NCBI GenBank assembly: GCA_964388715.1
Contig: CAYMBN010000001.1
Span: 138,962 to 202,961, forward strand
From: an uncultured Methanosarcinales archaeon
Lineage (GTDB): Archaea; Nanobdellota; Nanobdellia; Woesearchaeales; CAYMBN01
Length of the DNA stretch: 64,000 nt
Reading direction: 5' to 3'
The notes under the pieces were generated by a model. The model was not told where the DNA came from, made no database searches, and saw nothing but the letters and a program-made list of their open reading frames with translations. This document shows, in pieces, positions 30,909 through 40,341 of this stretch. Each line of letters starts with the position of its first letter. Positions within the stretch are counted from its first letter, which is position 1. The position numbers and the translations under genes were made by a program.

Positions 30909-31559
30909 ATGCTAAGAGATGAAGTACAGCGGTTCCTTAAGAAGTATACACACATATATAATGTTATAAAAGAAATGGATGACCTAACTAAGAATTTGGA
31001 GATACCTACTCCTGAAAATACTTTTGAAAGATCAAAACATACAGGGCTTGAAGCTGTTACTGAAGGATATTCTTCATTAGGAAGAGCTTTCAAAAGAGTA
31101 GAAGATATTAATGACTCAATCCGAGAATTAAATAATGATTATCAAAGTGATTTAGAGGTACGTCCTGGAAGAGCACTTACTTTTGCAATAAGAGCTTGTT
31201 TAAAAGAGAAATCTGACGGCCATTATGAATTCAAGTGGAGTTATGAAGTTAATACTTTTAAGAAAGATGTTGTTGAATGGATGAACGAGGAACTTAATAC
31301 AAATCAAATGTTAAAAGCTCGTTATCATAAACCATTAATGGAGATTTTAGGACAAATAAGACAAGGTGGGTCTGAGTATGTTGCTAAAGGATACACTCCA
31401 GAGTGCAGAGATCTAGCACAGATTGGATTACTTAATGAAACTAAAAAAGGAAGGTTTACCTTTACAGATATGGCAATGATCTTAGCTAGTACTTGTTATG
31501 GAATATATGGTGATTCTAAAGGGAAAGGAGGAGGAATTACAAACATTCAACAGTTTTGA
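30909..31559 (+). CDS. Hypothetical protein, probable paralog of 30248..30907
   Basis: Shared F..xY..IY.VI...P.PE N-terminus and C..L...GL C-terminus. Confidence 0.65.
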   Translation: MLRDEVQRFLKKYTHIYNVIKEMDDLTKNLEIPTPENTFERSKHTGLEAVTEGYSSLGRAFKRVEDINDSIRELNNDYQSDLEVRPGRALTFAIRACLKEKSDGHYEFKWSYEVNTFKKDVVEWMNEELNTNQMLKARYHKPLMEILGQIRQGGSEYVAKGYTPECRDLAQIGLLNETKKGRFTFTDMAMILASTCYGIYGDSKGKGGGITNIQQF

Positions 31560-31629
31560 CTTTTTTGTCCCACTTTCATCTTTTTCTTTTTGATTTTGTT
31601 TATATAGATTGAAATCTTAATAGTATTGT

Positions 31630-32031
31630 ATGAACTATTCTGGGACAGCTGATGATTATGTTAAAGAGAATTATATTTCTGGTATTGATGAAATTAAGAA
31701 AGCTATTCAGAATGTTTGTGAACCAATTTATCAAAGAACTTCTTCTTATCTTGAGAAATTAAAAGAATTAAAAAAAGATTTTACAGGTATTGCTGATAAA
31801 CATATGGAAAAAAAGTTTTTGCCAGATGGTTTGTTTGGTTATACATGGTTGAATGATGTCAAAATGGTTATTAATGAAAGTATTTCTTCTTATCAAAGTT
31901 TTAAAACTCAAGTGCATGAAGCAATTCATACTGAGTGGGAATATCAAACAAGAGTTTTAACAGAGTGGATGGTTAGTATTAAACAAGAAGTTAAGAAGTA
32001 TTTTAAGCAGAAGAAAGAGTATTTTAAGTAA
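31630..32031 (+). CDS. Hypothetical protein
   Basis: 133-aa ORF with upstream TATA. Confidence 0.6.
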   Translation: MNYSGTADDYVKENYISGIDEIKKAIQNVCEPIYQRTSSYLEKLKELKKDFTGIADKHMEKKFLPDGLFGYTWLNDVKMVINESISSYQSFKTQVHEAIHTEWEYQTRVLTEWMVSIKQEVKKYFKQKKEYFK

Positions 32032-32064
32032 GATTTTTAAAGAAAAAAGTGTTTTTCTGTGTTT

Positions 32065-32400
32065 ATGAGAATAAAAAAGTCTGGTAATAAGTATAAAGTT
32101 GAAAGTAGTAAGAAAGGTAAGTTCTATGATGTTGATCCTGATAAACCAAGTTGTACTTGTTTACATTATAAAATGAGGATGGCTAAGATTGGTGGAGCAT
32201 GTAAACATATTAAAGCTGTTCGGGAAAAGGTTGGGAAAAAACAGATGAAGAAAGGTAAAGGTATTGTTGAGTTTGTTCAAAAGAATAAAGAAGTTGATTC
32301 TGTTAAATTAATTGAAAAATTTGGAGAGAAAGTTGTTGATGACATGATACAAAATGGTGAATTAATTGAGTTTAAAGGAAAGATTAGGTTGATGGTATAA
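32065..32400 (+). CDS. SWIM zinc-finger protein
   Basis: YKVESS...CTC...ACKHI. Confidence 0.8.
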   Translation: MRIKKSGNKYKVESSKKGKFYDVDPDKPSCTCLHYKMRMAKIGGACKHIKAVREKVGKKQMKKGKGIVEFVQKNKEVDSVKLIEKFGEKVVDDMIQNGELIEFKGKIRLMV

Positions 32401-32595
32401 TTACTCATTATGTACCTTAATAAAATTCTCAAAACTTCTATCGTAAGTTGCTTCTGCGTCTTTTGGAAAACAACATGCAGGAAGTTCTTTTCTTTTTAGA
32501 TGAGAACGAAGACATTCGCAACAGATACCTTTTTTTGGGCAACCTTTGTATGTGCAATTGCAATGTTTTAGATTGTTTTGTTTTTGACAATTCAT
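32401..32595 (-). CDS. Small Cys-rich protein (DUF6485-like)
   Basis: CNCTY.GCPKKGICCECLRSH...LPACCF...TYDRS. Confidence 0.75.
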   Translation of the reverse strand: MNCQKQNNLKHCNCTYKGCPKKGICCECLRSHLKRKELPACCFPKDAEATYDRSFENFIKVHNE

Positions 32596-33497
32596 TTTAA
32601 ATTTGCAACACACTTTTCATAATCTGCTTTGACTTCTTTGAAATAATCGTAAGCTTCTACTGCTTCTGGTGAGTTACCTAAACCTTGATTAATTTTCTCT
32701 GTGTATTTATTATAAACATCAACATATTCTTGGTAAAGTTTTTGACAATCTGTTTTTGCTGTTGTTGTGGTTGTTGTGATTTGTTTTTGAGGTTGTTCTT
32801 TGTTAAGAGGTTTGAATGATTGTACTATATTGTTGATGGTTTTAAGATGTATGTAATAAGTTTTTTCTAATGCAGTGTAAGTTATGATATAAGCAAAATC
32901 TCCCTCAATCATATAATATTGTGCTTGTTTTAATTGTTGTCCACCTTGGTTTGATGTAAATTCTAAGACTTTGTATTTAAGGTCTCCTGAAGAAAATCCT
33001 CCTGTAGTTACAAGATGGTAATTTGGAATTACTTCAGCAAGTTGTTCTTCACTTAGTTCAACATATTCTTCAAGAGTGATTGGTTGTTCTAGTTTTTGTG
33101 AAGCAATATTAAAGTTTTCAATGAATTCATCTTGTTCAGGACTTATGAAAGCAATTACTACACCCATGCCAGGATTTTCTTTATAATCCCAGTCATAAGG
33201 ATATTCTATTGAGAATTGATATTCAAAATTTTCATAATAACCATTTTTGCTTTTGTAAGGTTGTTGTTTCATATTTATTGTATTTTGACTCGTATTATAA
33301 CCAATTATTCCAATTAAGATGAAGAGAAAAAATATAACTCCAATAACAATGAAAAAGTTTCTTATGAAATGGTGTTTTTTCTTTGCACGAACCCAAACTG
33401 TATCTTGTTTTTTGGTTTTGCTTACTTTTTTACCACAATCAGGACAGAATCCGTCATCAGCTTTGATCTTTGCACCGCAATCATCACAATATGCCAT
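32592..33497 (-). CDS. Zinc-ribbon + TM + PsbP/DcrB-like exported domain protein
   Basis: CDDCG...FCPDCG, TM helix, FSIEYPYDW, AYIITYTA. Confidence 0.75.
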   Translation of the reverse strand: MAYCDDCGAKIKADDGFCPDCGKKVSKTKKQDTVWVRAKKKHHFIRNFFIVIGVIFFLFILIGIIGYNTSQNTINMKQQPYKSKNGYYENFEYQFSIEYPYDWDYKENPGMGVVIAFISPEQDEFIENFNIASQKLEQPITLEEYVELSEEQLAEVIPNYHLVTTGGFSSGDLKYKVLEFTSNQGGQQLKQAQYYMIEGDFAYIITYTALEKTYYIHLKTINNIVQSFKPLNKEQPQKQITTTTTTAKTDCQKLYQEYVDVYNKYTEKINQGLGNSPEAVEAYDYFKEVKADYEKCVANLK

Positions 33498-33560
33498 TAT
33501 ATCAACCTCTTTTATAGGTATGTTTATTGAATTAAAGTATATAAAGGTTACTATTAAGAA

Positions 33561-34070
33561 TTATTTCTTTGTTACTTTTTCAAATTCTTTTTCAACTGCA
33601 TCCTCAGAAGTAGGTTTTTCAACTGGTTTTGGTTGTTCAACCTTTTTTTCTGTTGGTTTTTCTTCTGTTTTCTTTTCTTCCTTGGTTTCAGCTTTCTCTT
33701 CTTTCTTAGGCTTATCTTTAACACCAAGCTTTTCTTTTGCTTTTTCTATTGCTGTTTTTTCTTTTTTCTCTTCTTTTTTAACATCAACATATTTGTGACC
33801 AAATAATTCTACTTTAACAACACCATCATCATCTTTAGTAACATTAATTTTAACATGATGTGGTGGATTCTTAATACCATGTTTCCATAAGTGTAAATTA
33901 AGCTGTTTACCTATTTTAAATTTATATTTGCCATCTTTATCTAGTCCTGGTTTCATGTGTTTGATTAAGAATTGTCTTAGAGCTGTGACTGCTTTCTTTG
34001 CTCTTTTATACTTTGGAGCTTTAAGCCATTCTCTTCTTAGTGGGACATTGTATGTTCTTTCTAACATCAT
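33561..34070 (-). CDS. rpl31e: 50S ribosomal protein L31e with K/E-rich C-terminal extension
   Basis: ERTYNVPLRR...KRAKKAV...LWKHGIKNPP. Confidence 0.95.
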   Translation of the reverse strand: MMLERTYNVPLRREWLKAPKYKRAKKAVTALRQFLIKHMKPGLDKDGKYKFKIGKQLNLHLWKHGIKNPPHHVKINVTKDDDGVVKVELFGHKYVDVKKEEKKEKTAIEKAKEKLGVKDKPKKEEKAETKEEKKTEEKPTEKKVEQPKPVEKPTSEDAVEKEFEKVTKK

Positions 34071-34072
34071 AA

Positions 34073-34246
34073 TCACGCTTTTGTTTTGGTTCTACGCCAA
34101 CTCCTTTTTTTAGTAGTATGTCTACCAGGATGAACTCTTCTGCCTGTGCCGTATATCTTTGGCACTGTCCAGAAAGGCGCCCATCTAGTTTGTTTATTTT
34201 TTTTTGCTAATCTTAATTTTCTTGACTTATGTTTGTATCGTGCCAT
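34073..34246 (-). CDS. rpl39e: 50S ribosomal protein L39e (57 aa, not in ORF track)
   Basis: Manual translation MARYKHKSRKLRLAKKNKQTRWAPFW...KRSWRRTKTKA. Lies between S19e and L31e. Confidence 0.92.
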   Translation of the reverse strand: MARYKHKSRKLRLAKKNKQTRWAPFWTVPKIYGTGRRVHPGRHTTKKRSWRRTKTKA

Positions 34247-34248
34247 TT

Positions 34249-34947
34249 TTATTCTGTCTTTTTAGGTTCTTCTTTTACTTGCTTTTTTACTTCAGGGCTT
34301 TGAGGTTTTGTCTCTAATCCCTTAGAAGCTTTTGGCTTCTGAGATTTAGGTTCAACCTTTTTTTCTTCTTTTGGTTTCTCTACTGGTTTTTCTTCTACCT
34401 TAGGTTTTTCCTGTTTAACTTCTGCTTTCTTTTCTTCTTTTGGTTTTTCTTCTACGCTTTGAGGTTTTGTCTCTAATCCCTCAGAAACCTTTGGTTTCTG
34501 AGATTTAGGTTCTTCCTTCTTAGGTTGATGTTTTAATATTAATTTTGCAGCATTATCAAGTAATTCTTTACCTTGTTTAGTTATGATACGACCTTTGTGA
34601 ACTCCAATTGTGGTCTGTTTAACTAAAGTACTTTTTTCTAATTGTTGAAGAATTGTTCTTAGAATTTTTCCACCTGCTCTTCTTGTTGCATCAGGTTTAT
34701 GTCCTCTGTTTTTTCTTCCACCATACTTTGTTCTTAGTTTTGATACTCCAATTGGACCTAATTTTAGAACTGTTCTTAAAACAGATGCAGCTCTGATATA
34801 CCACCAATCATCTCTAAGAGGTTGTCTTTCTCTGTGAGTGCCTGTTTTAACAAAAATAGACCATTCTGGAGCTTTGATTATCTTTTTAAGGTCTTCAGCT
34901 GTCTGTTCTATTAAGTCATTTGCTGGAACATCATATATGTTTCTCAT
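34249..34947 (-). CDS. rps19e: 30S ribosomal protein S19e with repeat-containing K/E/P-rich tail
   Basis: PEWSIFVKTG.HRER.P...WWYIRAASVLR...YGGRKNRG. Confidence 0.97.
   Translation of the reverse strand: MRNIYDVPANDLIEQTAEDLKKIIKAPEWSIFVKTGTHRERQPLRDDWWYIRAASVLRTVLKLGPIGVSKLRTKYGGRKNRGHKPDATRRAGGKILRTILQQLEKSTLVKQTTIGVHKGRIITKQGKELLDNAAKLILKHQPKKEEPKSQKPKVSEGLETKPQSVEEKPKEEKKAEVKQEKPKVEEKPVEKPKEEKKVEPKSQKPKASKGLETKPQSPEVKKQVKEEPKKTE
34297..34353. repeat. 57-bp palindrome-containing repeat, copy A, in frame within rps19e
   Basis: 53/57 identical to 34456-34512. Hairpin CTTAGAAGCT-TTT-GGCTTCTGAG. Confidence 0.9.
34456..34512. repeat. 57-bp palindrome-containing repeat, copy B, in frame within rps19e
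   Basis: Perfect hairpin CTCAGAAACC-TTT-GGTTTCTGAG. Confidence 0.9.
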
Positions 34948-35053
34948 GTTTAATCCCTCTGAAATGTTTCATGCTTTGCAGCACTAGAACCTCTATTCAC
35001 ACATAGTGCTTTAGAGTGTTTTAAGCTAAATAATTAGGGGTTATTTATAAAGT

Positions 35054-35100
35054 TTTCGGCGAAGCCGAAACCGTTTAGAAATTTCAAAAAGGTTGTGGTT
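35054..35100. repeat. Intergenic palindromic repeat element
   Basis: TTTCGGC-GAA-GCCGAAA. Reverse complement shares AACCACAAC and ATTTCTAAACGGTTT with 42709-42747. Confidence 0.8.
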
Positions 35101-36387
35101 TCAACTATGTGGATGGCCATTATTACTTGAAGCAACATCAGGACCTTCTACTTTTGATTTAATTGCAGGAGATTGTTCAAGGAAATCTGTGTCTTTGTCA
35201 TAGATCTGTTTCATGAAATTAGCTAGTCCTGTGAAACCAGATGATTCTATTGCTTTCATTCCATGTATTGAATAGTTTCCTGAAGCAAAACAATTACTTG
35301 CGATTCTTAAGTATTCAATTGGTGTTAGTGGTTCAAGGACTCCATCACTAACTAACTTTTCAATACGAACAAGTTTACCATCTCTGATGTATGCTTTTTT
35401 TAATTCTTCAATTTCATCATCAGCTAAATTACGATCATCTAAAGAAGCCGCCTTTTTAACAATCTCATATCTATCTCCTTCAATATTTTCATCATTTGTA
35501 GCCCTTTGTATTATGTAAGATAATGAAAATAATTCTATAACTGTTAAATCAAAACTATCTTCTGTCTTTGATTTTGATTTGTAGATATTAATTACTCTTT
35601 CAAAAGTATCAAGAGCTTGCATTAGATCACCTTGGTCCATGTACATTAAACCAACATCAACAAGTCCTTTCGCGATTTTACTTTTTTCATAAATATCTTT
35701 TGCTTTCACTAAGTTAGGCTTACTTTCATTCATGTAAGAATCTGCTATCTCTTTAAGTTTAGTTATTATAAAATCCATATTTAACCCATATAACTCAGTT
35801 CTTTGATTTCTCTCTTCTTTTAATTCATCATTTTCATCAATAGTAATTATTCTTATTGGACTTGCATTAACAATCTCTAAAAATGTTTCTAATGCTTTAT
35901 AATATGTTTGAGTAGCTTTTTCTAGATCACCTTTCTCATGAGATGCAACTGCAATATTAAGATAATCTTCTGGAGGTAATGTGTTTCCTTGCTTTAGATG
36001 TTCCCATGCTTGTTCTGCAAGTTTTAAATCACCAGATTCAACTATTTTTTTGTAAAGTGTAAGAAGTTTTGGAAAAGACTCTTGGTTTACACTATAACAA
36101 TTCATTGCTCTTCTTAAATCTCCTCGTTCTTCCCAATCATCACCAAGGTTTTCGTAATCTATTGGGTTAAGAGTTTCCCAACCTACTTTTGGAGTTATTT
36201 GTTCAACTTTATCATACCATCCCTCTCCAGCACAAACAAAAAGTACTTCTTTAATTAGCGCGCTAACTTGATTATCAATAAGACCAAAATCTAAACCATC
36301 AAATGTAGCTCTTTTTGAAATATAATAAGCAATACCTTCTAAATCTTGTTGTTTAATTGGATCTAATATTTTAACCATAAATCTCAA
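35101..36387 (-). CDS. TPR-like alpha-helical repeat protein
   Basis: Repeated GD..kA...Y patterns. Confidence 0.65.
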   Translation of the reverse strand: MRFMVKILDPIKQQDLEGIAYYISKRATFDGLDFGLIDNQVSALIKEVLFVCAGEGWYDKVEQITPKVGWETLNPIDYENLGDDWEERGDLRRAMNCYSVNQESFPKLLTLYKKIVESGDLKLAEQAWEHLKQGNTLPPEDYLNIAVASHEKGDLEKATQTYYKALETFLEIVNASPIRIITIDENDELKEERNQRTELYGLNMDFIITKLKEIADSYMNESKPNLVKAKDIYEKSKIAKGLVDVGLMYMDQGDLMQALDTFERVINIYKSKSKTEDSFDLTVIELFSLSYIIQRATNDENIEGDRYEIVKKAASLDDRNLADDEIEELKKAYIRDGKLVRIEKLVSDGVLEPLTPIEYLRIASNCFASGNYSIHGMKAIESSGFTGLANFMKQIYDKDTDFLEQSPAIKSKVEGPDVASSNNGHPHS

Positions 36388-36520
36388 CCCCCACTTTAAC
36401 GGGAATAATTAAGGATTATTTATAAATATTTATCTACTGTAGGCTCTGAAACATAAAAATTTATAAAGGATAACTTAAACCCTTTTTGTAATATAATTAA
36501 TAAAAATGGAGGGGTTTAAT

Positions 36521-37696
36521 ATGACAAGAAAAATTATTCTATCATCAGAATCTGTGACTGAAGGACATCCAGATAAGATGTGTGATCTAATATCAGATGC
36601 AATTCTAGATGATGCTTTAAGACAAGATCCAATGAGCAGAGTGGCTATTGAATGTGGTGCAAAGAACGGTGGTGTGATGGTATTTGGAGAGATGACTACA
36701 AAAGGTTATGTGGATGTGCCTGCTATTACAAGAAGTACAATTAAAAATATTGGATACACAAAATCTGAATATGGAATTGAATATGAAACATGTTCTGTTT
36801 GGACACAGATAACAGAGCAAAGTCCAAATATTGCACAAGGCGTTTCTGAAGGGGAAGGTTTGCATAAAGAACAAGGTGCTGGAGATCAAGGTATGATGTT
36901 TGGTTATGCATGTAATGAAACTCCAGAGTTTATGCCATTGCCAATCATGATGGCTCACAAACTTACAATGAGATTAGCAGAAGCAAGAAAAAAAGGAGAA
37001 ATTCTATGGTTAAGGCCTGATGGAAAAAGCCAGGTTAGTGTTGAATATGATCAAGAAGGTAAACCATTAAGAATTTCTGCAGTTGTTATCTCAACACAGC
37101 ATGAAGGAGATATTAAACATGATCAAATAAAGCAAGAGATTACTGAGAAAGTTATTAAACCTGTTTGTAAGGAATGGCTTGATGAAAATACTGTGTTGCA
37201 TGTTAACCCAACTGGTTCATTTGTACGTGGTGGACCTTATGCTGATGCAGGTTTGACAGGAAGAAAGATTATTGTAGATACTTATGGTGGATTAGGAAGA
37301 CACGGTGGTGGATGTTTTAGTGGAAAAGATCCTACTAAAGTTGATAGAAGTGCTGCTTATGCTTCAAGATATGCTGCTAAGAACGTTGTTGCAGCTGGTC
37401 TTGCAAGTAAATGTGAAATTCAATTAGCATATGCTATTGGTGTTGCTGAACCTGTTTCAGTTAATGTTAATTGTTTTGGAACTAATAATATACCTGAAGA
37501 AAAAATTTCAGAATTAGTTAGACAACATTTCCCTTTAAAACCTGCAGCTATTCTAGATAAATTAAAATTGAGAAGACCTATCTATAAAAAGACTGCTAGT
37601 TATGGACATTTTGGTAGGAATGATCCTGACTTTACATGGGAAAAAGTAGATATGGTAGATGTTCTGAGAAAAGAAGCTGGTCTTGGAGATCAGTAA
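36521..37696 (+). CDS. metK: S-adenosylmethionine synthetase (bacterial/eukaryal type)
   Basis: [49 protein letters not shown]. Confidence 0.98.
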   Translation: MTRKIILSSESVTEGHPDKMCDLISDAILDDALRQDPMSRVAIECGAKNGGVMVFGEMTTKGYVDVPAITRSTIKNIGYTKSEYGIEYETCSVWTQITEQSPNIAQGVSEGEGLHKEQGAGDQGMMFGYACNETPEFMPLPIMMAHKLTMRLAEARKKGEILWLRPDGKSQVSVEYDQEGKPLRISAVVISTQHEGDIKHDQIKQEITEKVIKPVCKEWLDENTVLHVNPTGSFVRGGPYADAGLTGRKIIVDTYGGLGRHGGGCFSGKDPTKVDRSAAYASRYAAKNVVAAGLASKCEIQLAYAIGVAEPVSVNVNCFGTNNIPEEKISELVRQHFPLKPAAILDKLKLRRPIYKKTASYGHFGRNDPDFTWEKVDMVDVLRKEAGLGDQ

Positions 37697-37761
37697 TTTT
37701 TTACTTTTTCTTTTTTATTTTCCAAAAGCTTTATAAATTAAAATAAAATTCTAAACAACAT

Positions 37762-37924
37762 GCCTCCATAGCTTAGTGGTTCGAGCGTGCGGCTGTTACT
37801 TCAGCTTCGCTGAAGATCTACAAAAGCGAAGCTTTTGAAGAAACCGCAAGGTCACCAGTTCAAATATCAAACTGTGTTTGATGCATTCAAAAAGCGCAGT
37901 TTTTTGAAAGTCTGGTTGGAGGCG
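37762..37924 (+). tRNA. tRNA-Asn(GTT) with two introns: 37/38 (37799-37842) and 59/60 (37865-37910)
   Basis: Spliced: GCCTCCA TA GCTT AGTGGTTC GAGC G TGCGG CT GTT AA CCGCA AGGTC ACCAG TTCAAAT CTGGT TGGAGGC G. T-loop intron has a TTCA/TGAA central helix with 3-nt bulges. Confidence 0.92.
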
Positions 37925-37970
37925 TTTTTTCTTCATAAGATTTATATATGAATATATTTTTATTTATTGT

Positions 37971-38465
37971 ATGAATGTTGCATTATTGATAACGTGGTTA
38001 AGGATTGTTTTGACACCTTTTGTTTTTGTATTTGTTATTTTGGAGAATTATATTTTAGCTGTTGTATTTTTTATAATTGCTGCACTGACTGATATGGTTG
38101 ATGGTTATTTTGCAAGAAGATTAAAGCAGGAAACTAAGTTAGGAAAAATTCTTGATCCTGTTGCAGATAAGGTTCTTATTGCATTTACAGTGGTTGCGCT
38201 AACTGTTAAATTTAGAGAGTTGTTGCCTCTTACAATATTGATAGTAGGAAAAGAGATTGTTATGTTATTATGTATGGTATTTTCTAAGTGGAATGTTAAA
38301 TTTAAATTTCCTACAATATTATCAAAAGTTAATACAGTTGTGCAGATTATTTTTATTGTGTCAGTAATATTAGGATATTATAACACAATATTTTTGTGGA
38401 TTGTTTTTTGTTTAACATTAATAACTGCTATTGATTATTTGATTAAGCTTATGAGGAATAAATAA
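37971..38465 (+). CDS. CDP-alcohol phosphatidyltransferase (PgsA-like)
   Basis: DMVDGYFARR...GKILDPVADK. Confidence 0.92.
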   Translation: MNVALLITWLRIVLTPFVFVFVILENYILAVVFFIIAALTDMVDGYFARRLKQETKLGKILDPVADKVLIAFTVVALTVKFRELLPLTILIVGKEIVMLLCMVFSKWNVKFKFPTILSKVNTVVQIIFIVSVILGYYNTIFLWIVFCLTLITAIDYLIKLMRNK

Positions 38466-38466
38466 A

Positions 38467-39012
38467 ATGTGGTATTTTATACTTCAATGCGTGTATTTAA
38501 TTTTACCAGGTATATTTGCCAATTTAATGCCTGTCTTGGTTATGCCTTATTTTAAAAGACTTGCAATACCTGTTGATCTTGGGAAAAAGGTTTTTGGAAA
38601 AAGAGTCTTTGGTGATAACAAAACTTATAGAGGTTTTGTGTTTGGTGTTTTAATTTCAATCATAGTGGTATATGGACAGGGTTATTTGTATAATTATGAT
38701 TTGTTTATAAATCTTAGTTTTATTGACTATTCAAATATTAATTTGTTATTGTTAGGATTTTTGATTGGATTTGGTGTTTTATTTGGTGATCTGATTGAAA
38801 GTTTTTTCAAGAGGCAGTTGAATATTAAACCAGGAGAATCATTTTTTCCTTTTGACCAATTAGATTGTTTAGTTGGTGGTTTGGTTTTTGTTTTGTTTGT
38901 TTATGTTCCAAGTTGGAAGATTATTGTAACACTGTTTGTTTTGGTTTTAGTCATACATGTTCTGATTAAACACATACTGTATTACTTAGGGTTAACAAAT
39001 AAGAAGTGGTAA
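38467..39012 (+). CDS. carS: CDP-archaeol synthase
   Basis: ANLMPV, PVDLG, GDNKTYRG, GDLIESFFKRQ, DQLD. Confidence 0.88.
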   Translation: MWYFILQCVYLILPGIFANLMPVLVMPYFKRLAIPVDLGKKVFGKRVFGDNKTYRGFVFGVLISIIVVYGQGYLYNYDLFINLSFIDYSNINLLLLGFLIGFGVLFGDLIESFFKRQLNIKPGESFFPFDQLDCLVGGLVFVLFVYVPSWKIIVTLFVLVLVIHVLIKHILYYLGLTNKKW

Positions 39013-39795
39013 TTATTTCTTATATAGAATACTGATTGTTTCATTATGAGCTGCTTTCCATAATGTTGTAACAGTTGTAATCATGATTGGAATTAGTTCG
39101 TGGTGAACTCTTGCTCTTACACGTTTCCAACCATATTTAATATAATCATCATATATTCCTAATTCAAAAACTTTTTTAGCTTGTTTTTCTAAATATTCTT
39201 TTACTTTGTCTGTGTGAAACTTTTTTATTTTGGGAGAAATAAAACGTTTGTCAACATGGCCAGAGTGCATTTTTCTGAATAAGTAGTATAAGAAAACTCT
39301 TGTTTCAAATAATCCGTGGTTTCGTGTGATATTTCTTATAGGGTGAATCTCTTCTAACCAGTAAGGATCAAACCAATCTTCAAAGTCACTTACTCTAAAT
39401 TTCTTTTTTTTGTATCGGCCTGTTTGATGTGCTGGATTTAATGCATCAACTGCAAAATGTGACATAAATGCTGCATAACGTGCTGCTTTGCCAAATTTTG
39501 TTCTTTGTTTTGTAAGTTCTTTTACAAGAAGGTTGTAGTATTTTTGTGTTATAATACATGCTTTTCCAAGTTTGTTTTCTGGATTGTAACAGTGCCAAGA
39601 ATATTTACTTTTTTGTTTAAAAGATATTGCATCAGGGCCAACTGTTCCAGAATACATGTTAATCTTAAAGTAATTTGGAAATAGTTTGTTTTTTGTTAAA
39701 TGACGAAAAATTAGTTTGTAGGCTTTTTTGTTGATTTTCTGATGAGTACCATAAACATTGAAATCCAGGTTTTTTATTTTTAGGTAGCTGAACAT
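39013..39795 (-). CDS. Zinc-dependent phospholipase C/S1-P1 nuclease superfamily protein
   Basis: THQKI, GPD, H, SHFAVDALNPAH, HGLFE metal ligands. Confidence 0.7.
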   Translation of the reverse strand: MFSYLKIKNLDFNVYGTHQKINKKAYKLIFRHLTKNKLFPNYFKINMYSGTVGPDAISFKQKSKYSWHCYNPENKLGKACIITQKYYNLLVKELTKQRTKFGKAARYAAFMSHFAVDALNPAHQTGRYKKKKFRVSDFEDWFDPYWLEEIHPIRNITRNHGLFETRVFLYYLFRKMHSGHVDKRFISPKIKKFHTDKVKEYLEKQAKKVFELGIYDDYIKYGWKRVRARVHHELIPIMITTVTTLWKAAHNETISILYKK

Positions 39796-39796
39796 T

Positions 39797-40249
39797 TTAT
39801 ATCAAAAATAATATTATTGCGATAATGATGTACCAAACATATTTGATTACAGTTTTAATTGGATTCTTATTTTGGTAGCAGAGTAATGTGCCAAAAGGTA
39901 GGCCTAGTAAAAAGATTAGTGAAGAGATAATTAGGAAGTAATTTAATTGTTTTGAGCTGAGGTAAAAAATGATTCCTAATAGGATCCAGGTTATAATGTC
40001 ATTATATTGTTTTATTAATCTGAGTGATATGGTTAGAATAATGATTATTGTTAGAAAGATGTAATTTTTGGTTAGGAAAAGATGGTAAAGGATGATTAGT
40101 ATGATAGAAACGAGTAATATTCTGTAAAAAAAGACAATATACTTTTTTCCTGGCTTAAGTTCTTCAGGAGATATCTTTGCAAGAGCAATACCTATGAAGA
40201 TACTTAAGAAAGTTATGATGAGAGTGGATATGTAGTTGATTATGTTCAT
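39797..40249 (-). CDS. Membrane protein
   Basis: Highly hydrophobic, PEELKPGKKY loop. Confidence 0.65.
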   Translation of the reverse strand: MNIINYISTLIITFLSIFIGIALAKISPEELKPGKKYIVFFYRILLVSIILIILYHLFLTKNYIFLTIIIILTISLRLIKQYNDIITWILLGIIFYLSSKQLNYFLIISSLIFLLGLPFGTLLCYQNKNPIKTVIKYVWYIIIAIILFLI

Positions 40250-40341
40250 GTGAGAAGAGAAGAGTTTGGAGTATAAAAAGGTTTTGGGATATATGTTCTA
40301 GACTATAAAAATATAAAAAAGGGATAGGATTCTAATGAAGT

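Noticed and set aside
34956..35010. Small stems in the rps19e 5' leader (GCACTA/TAGTGC, TGAAA/TTTCA) as an autoregulatory RNA
   Set aside because: The stems are short and could arise by chance. No comparative support is available from this window.
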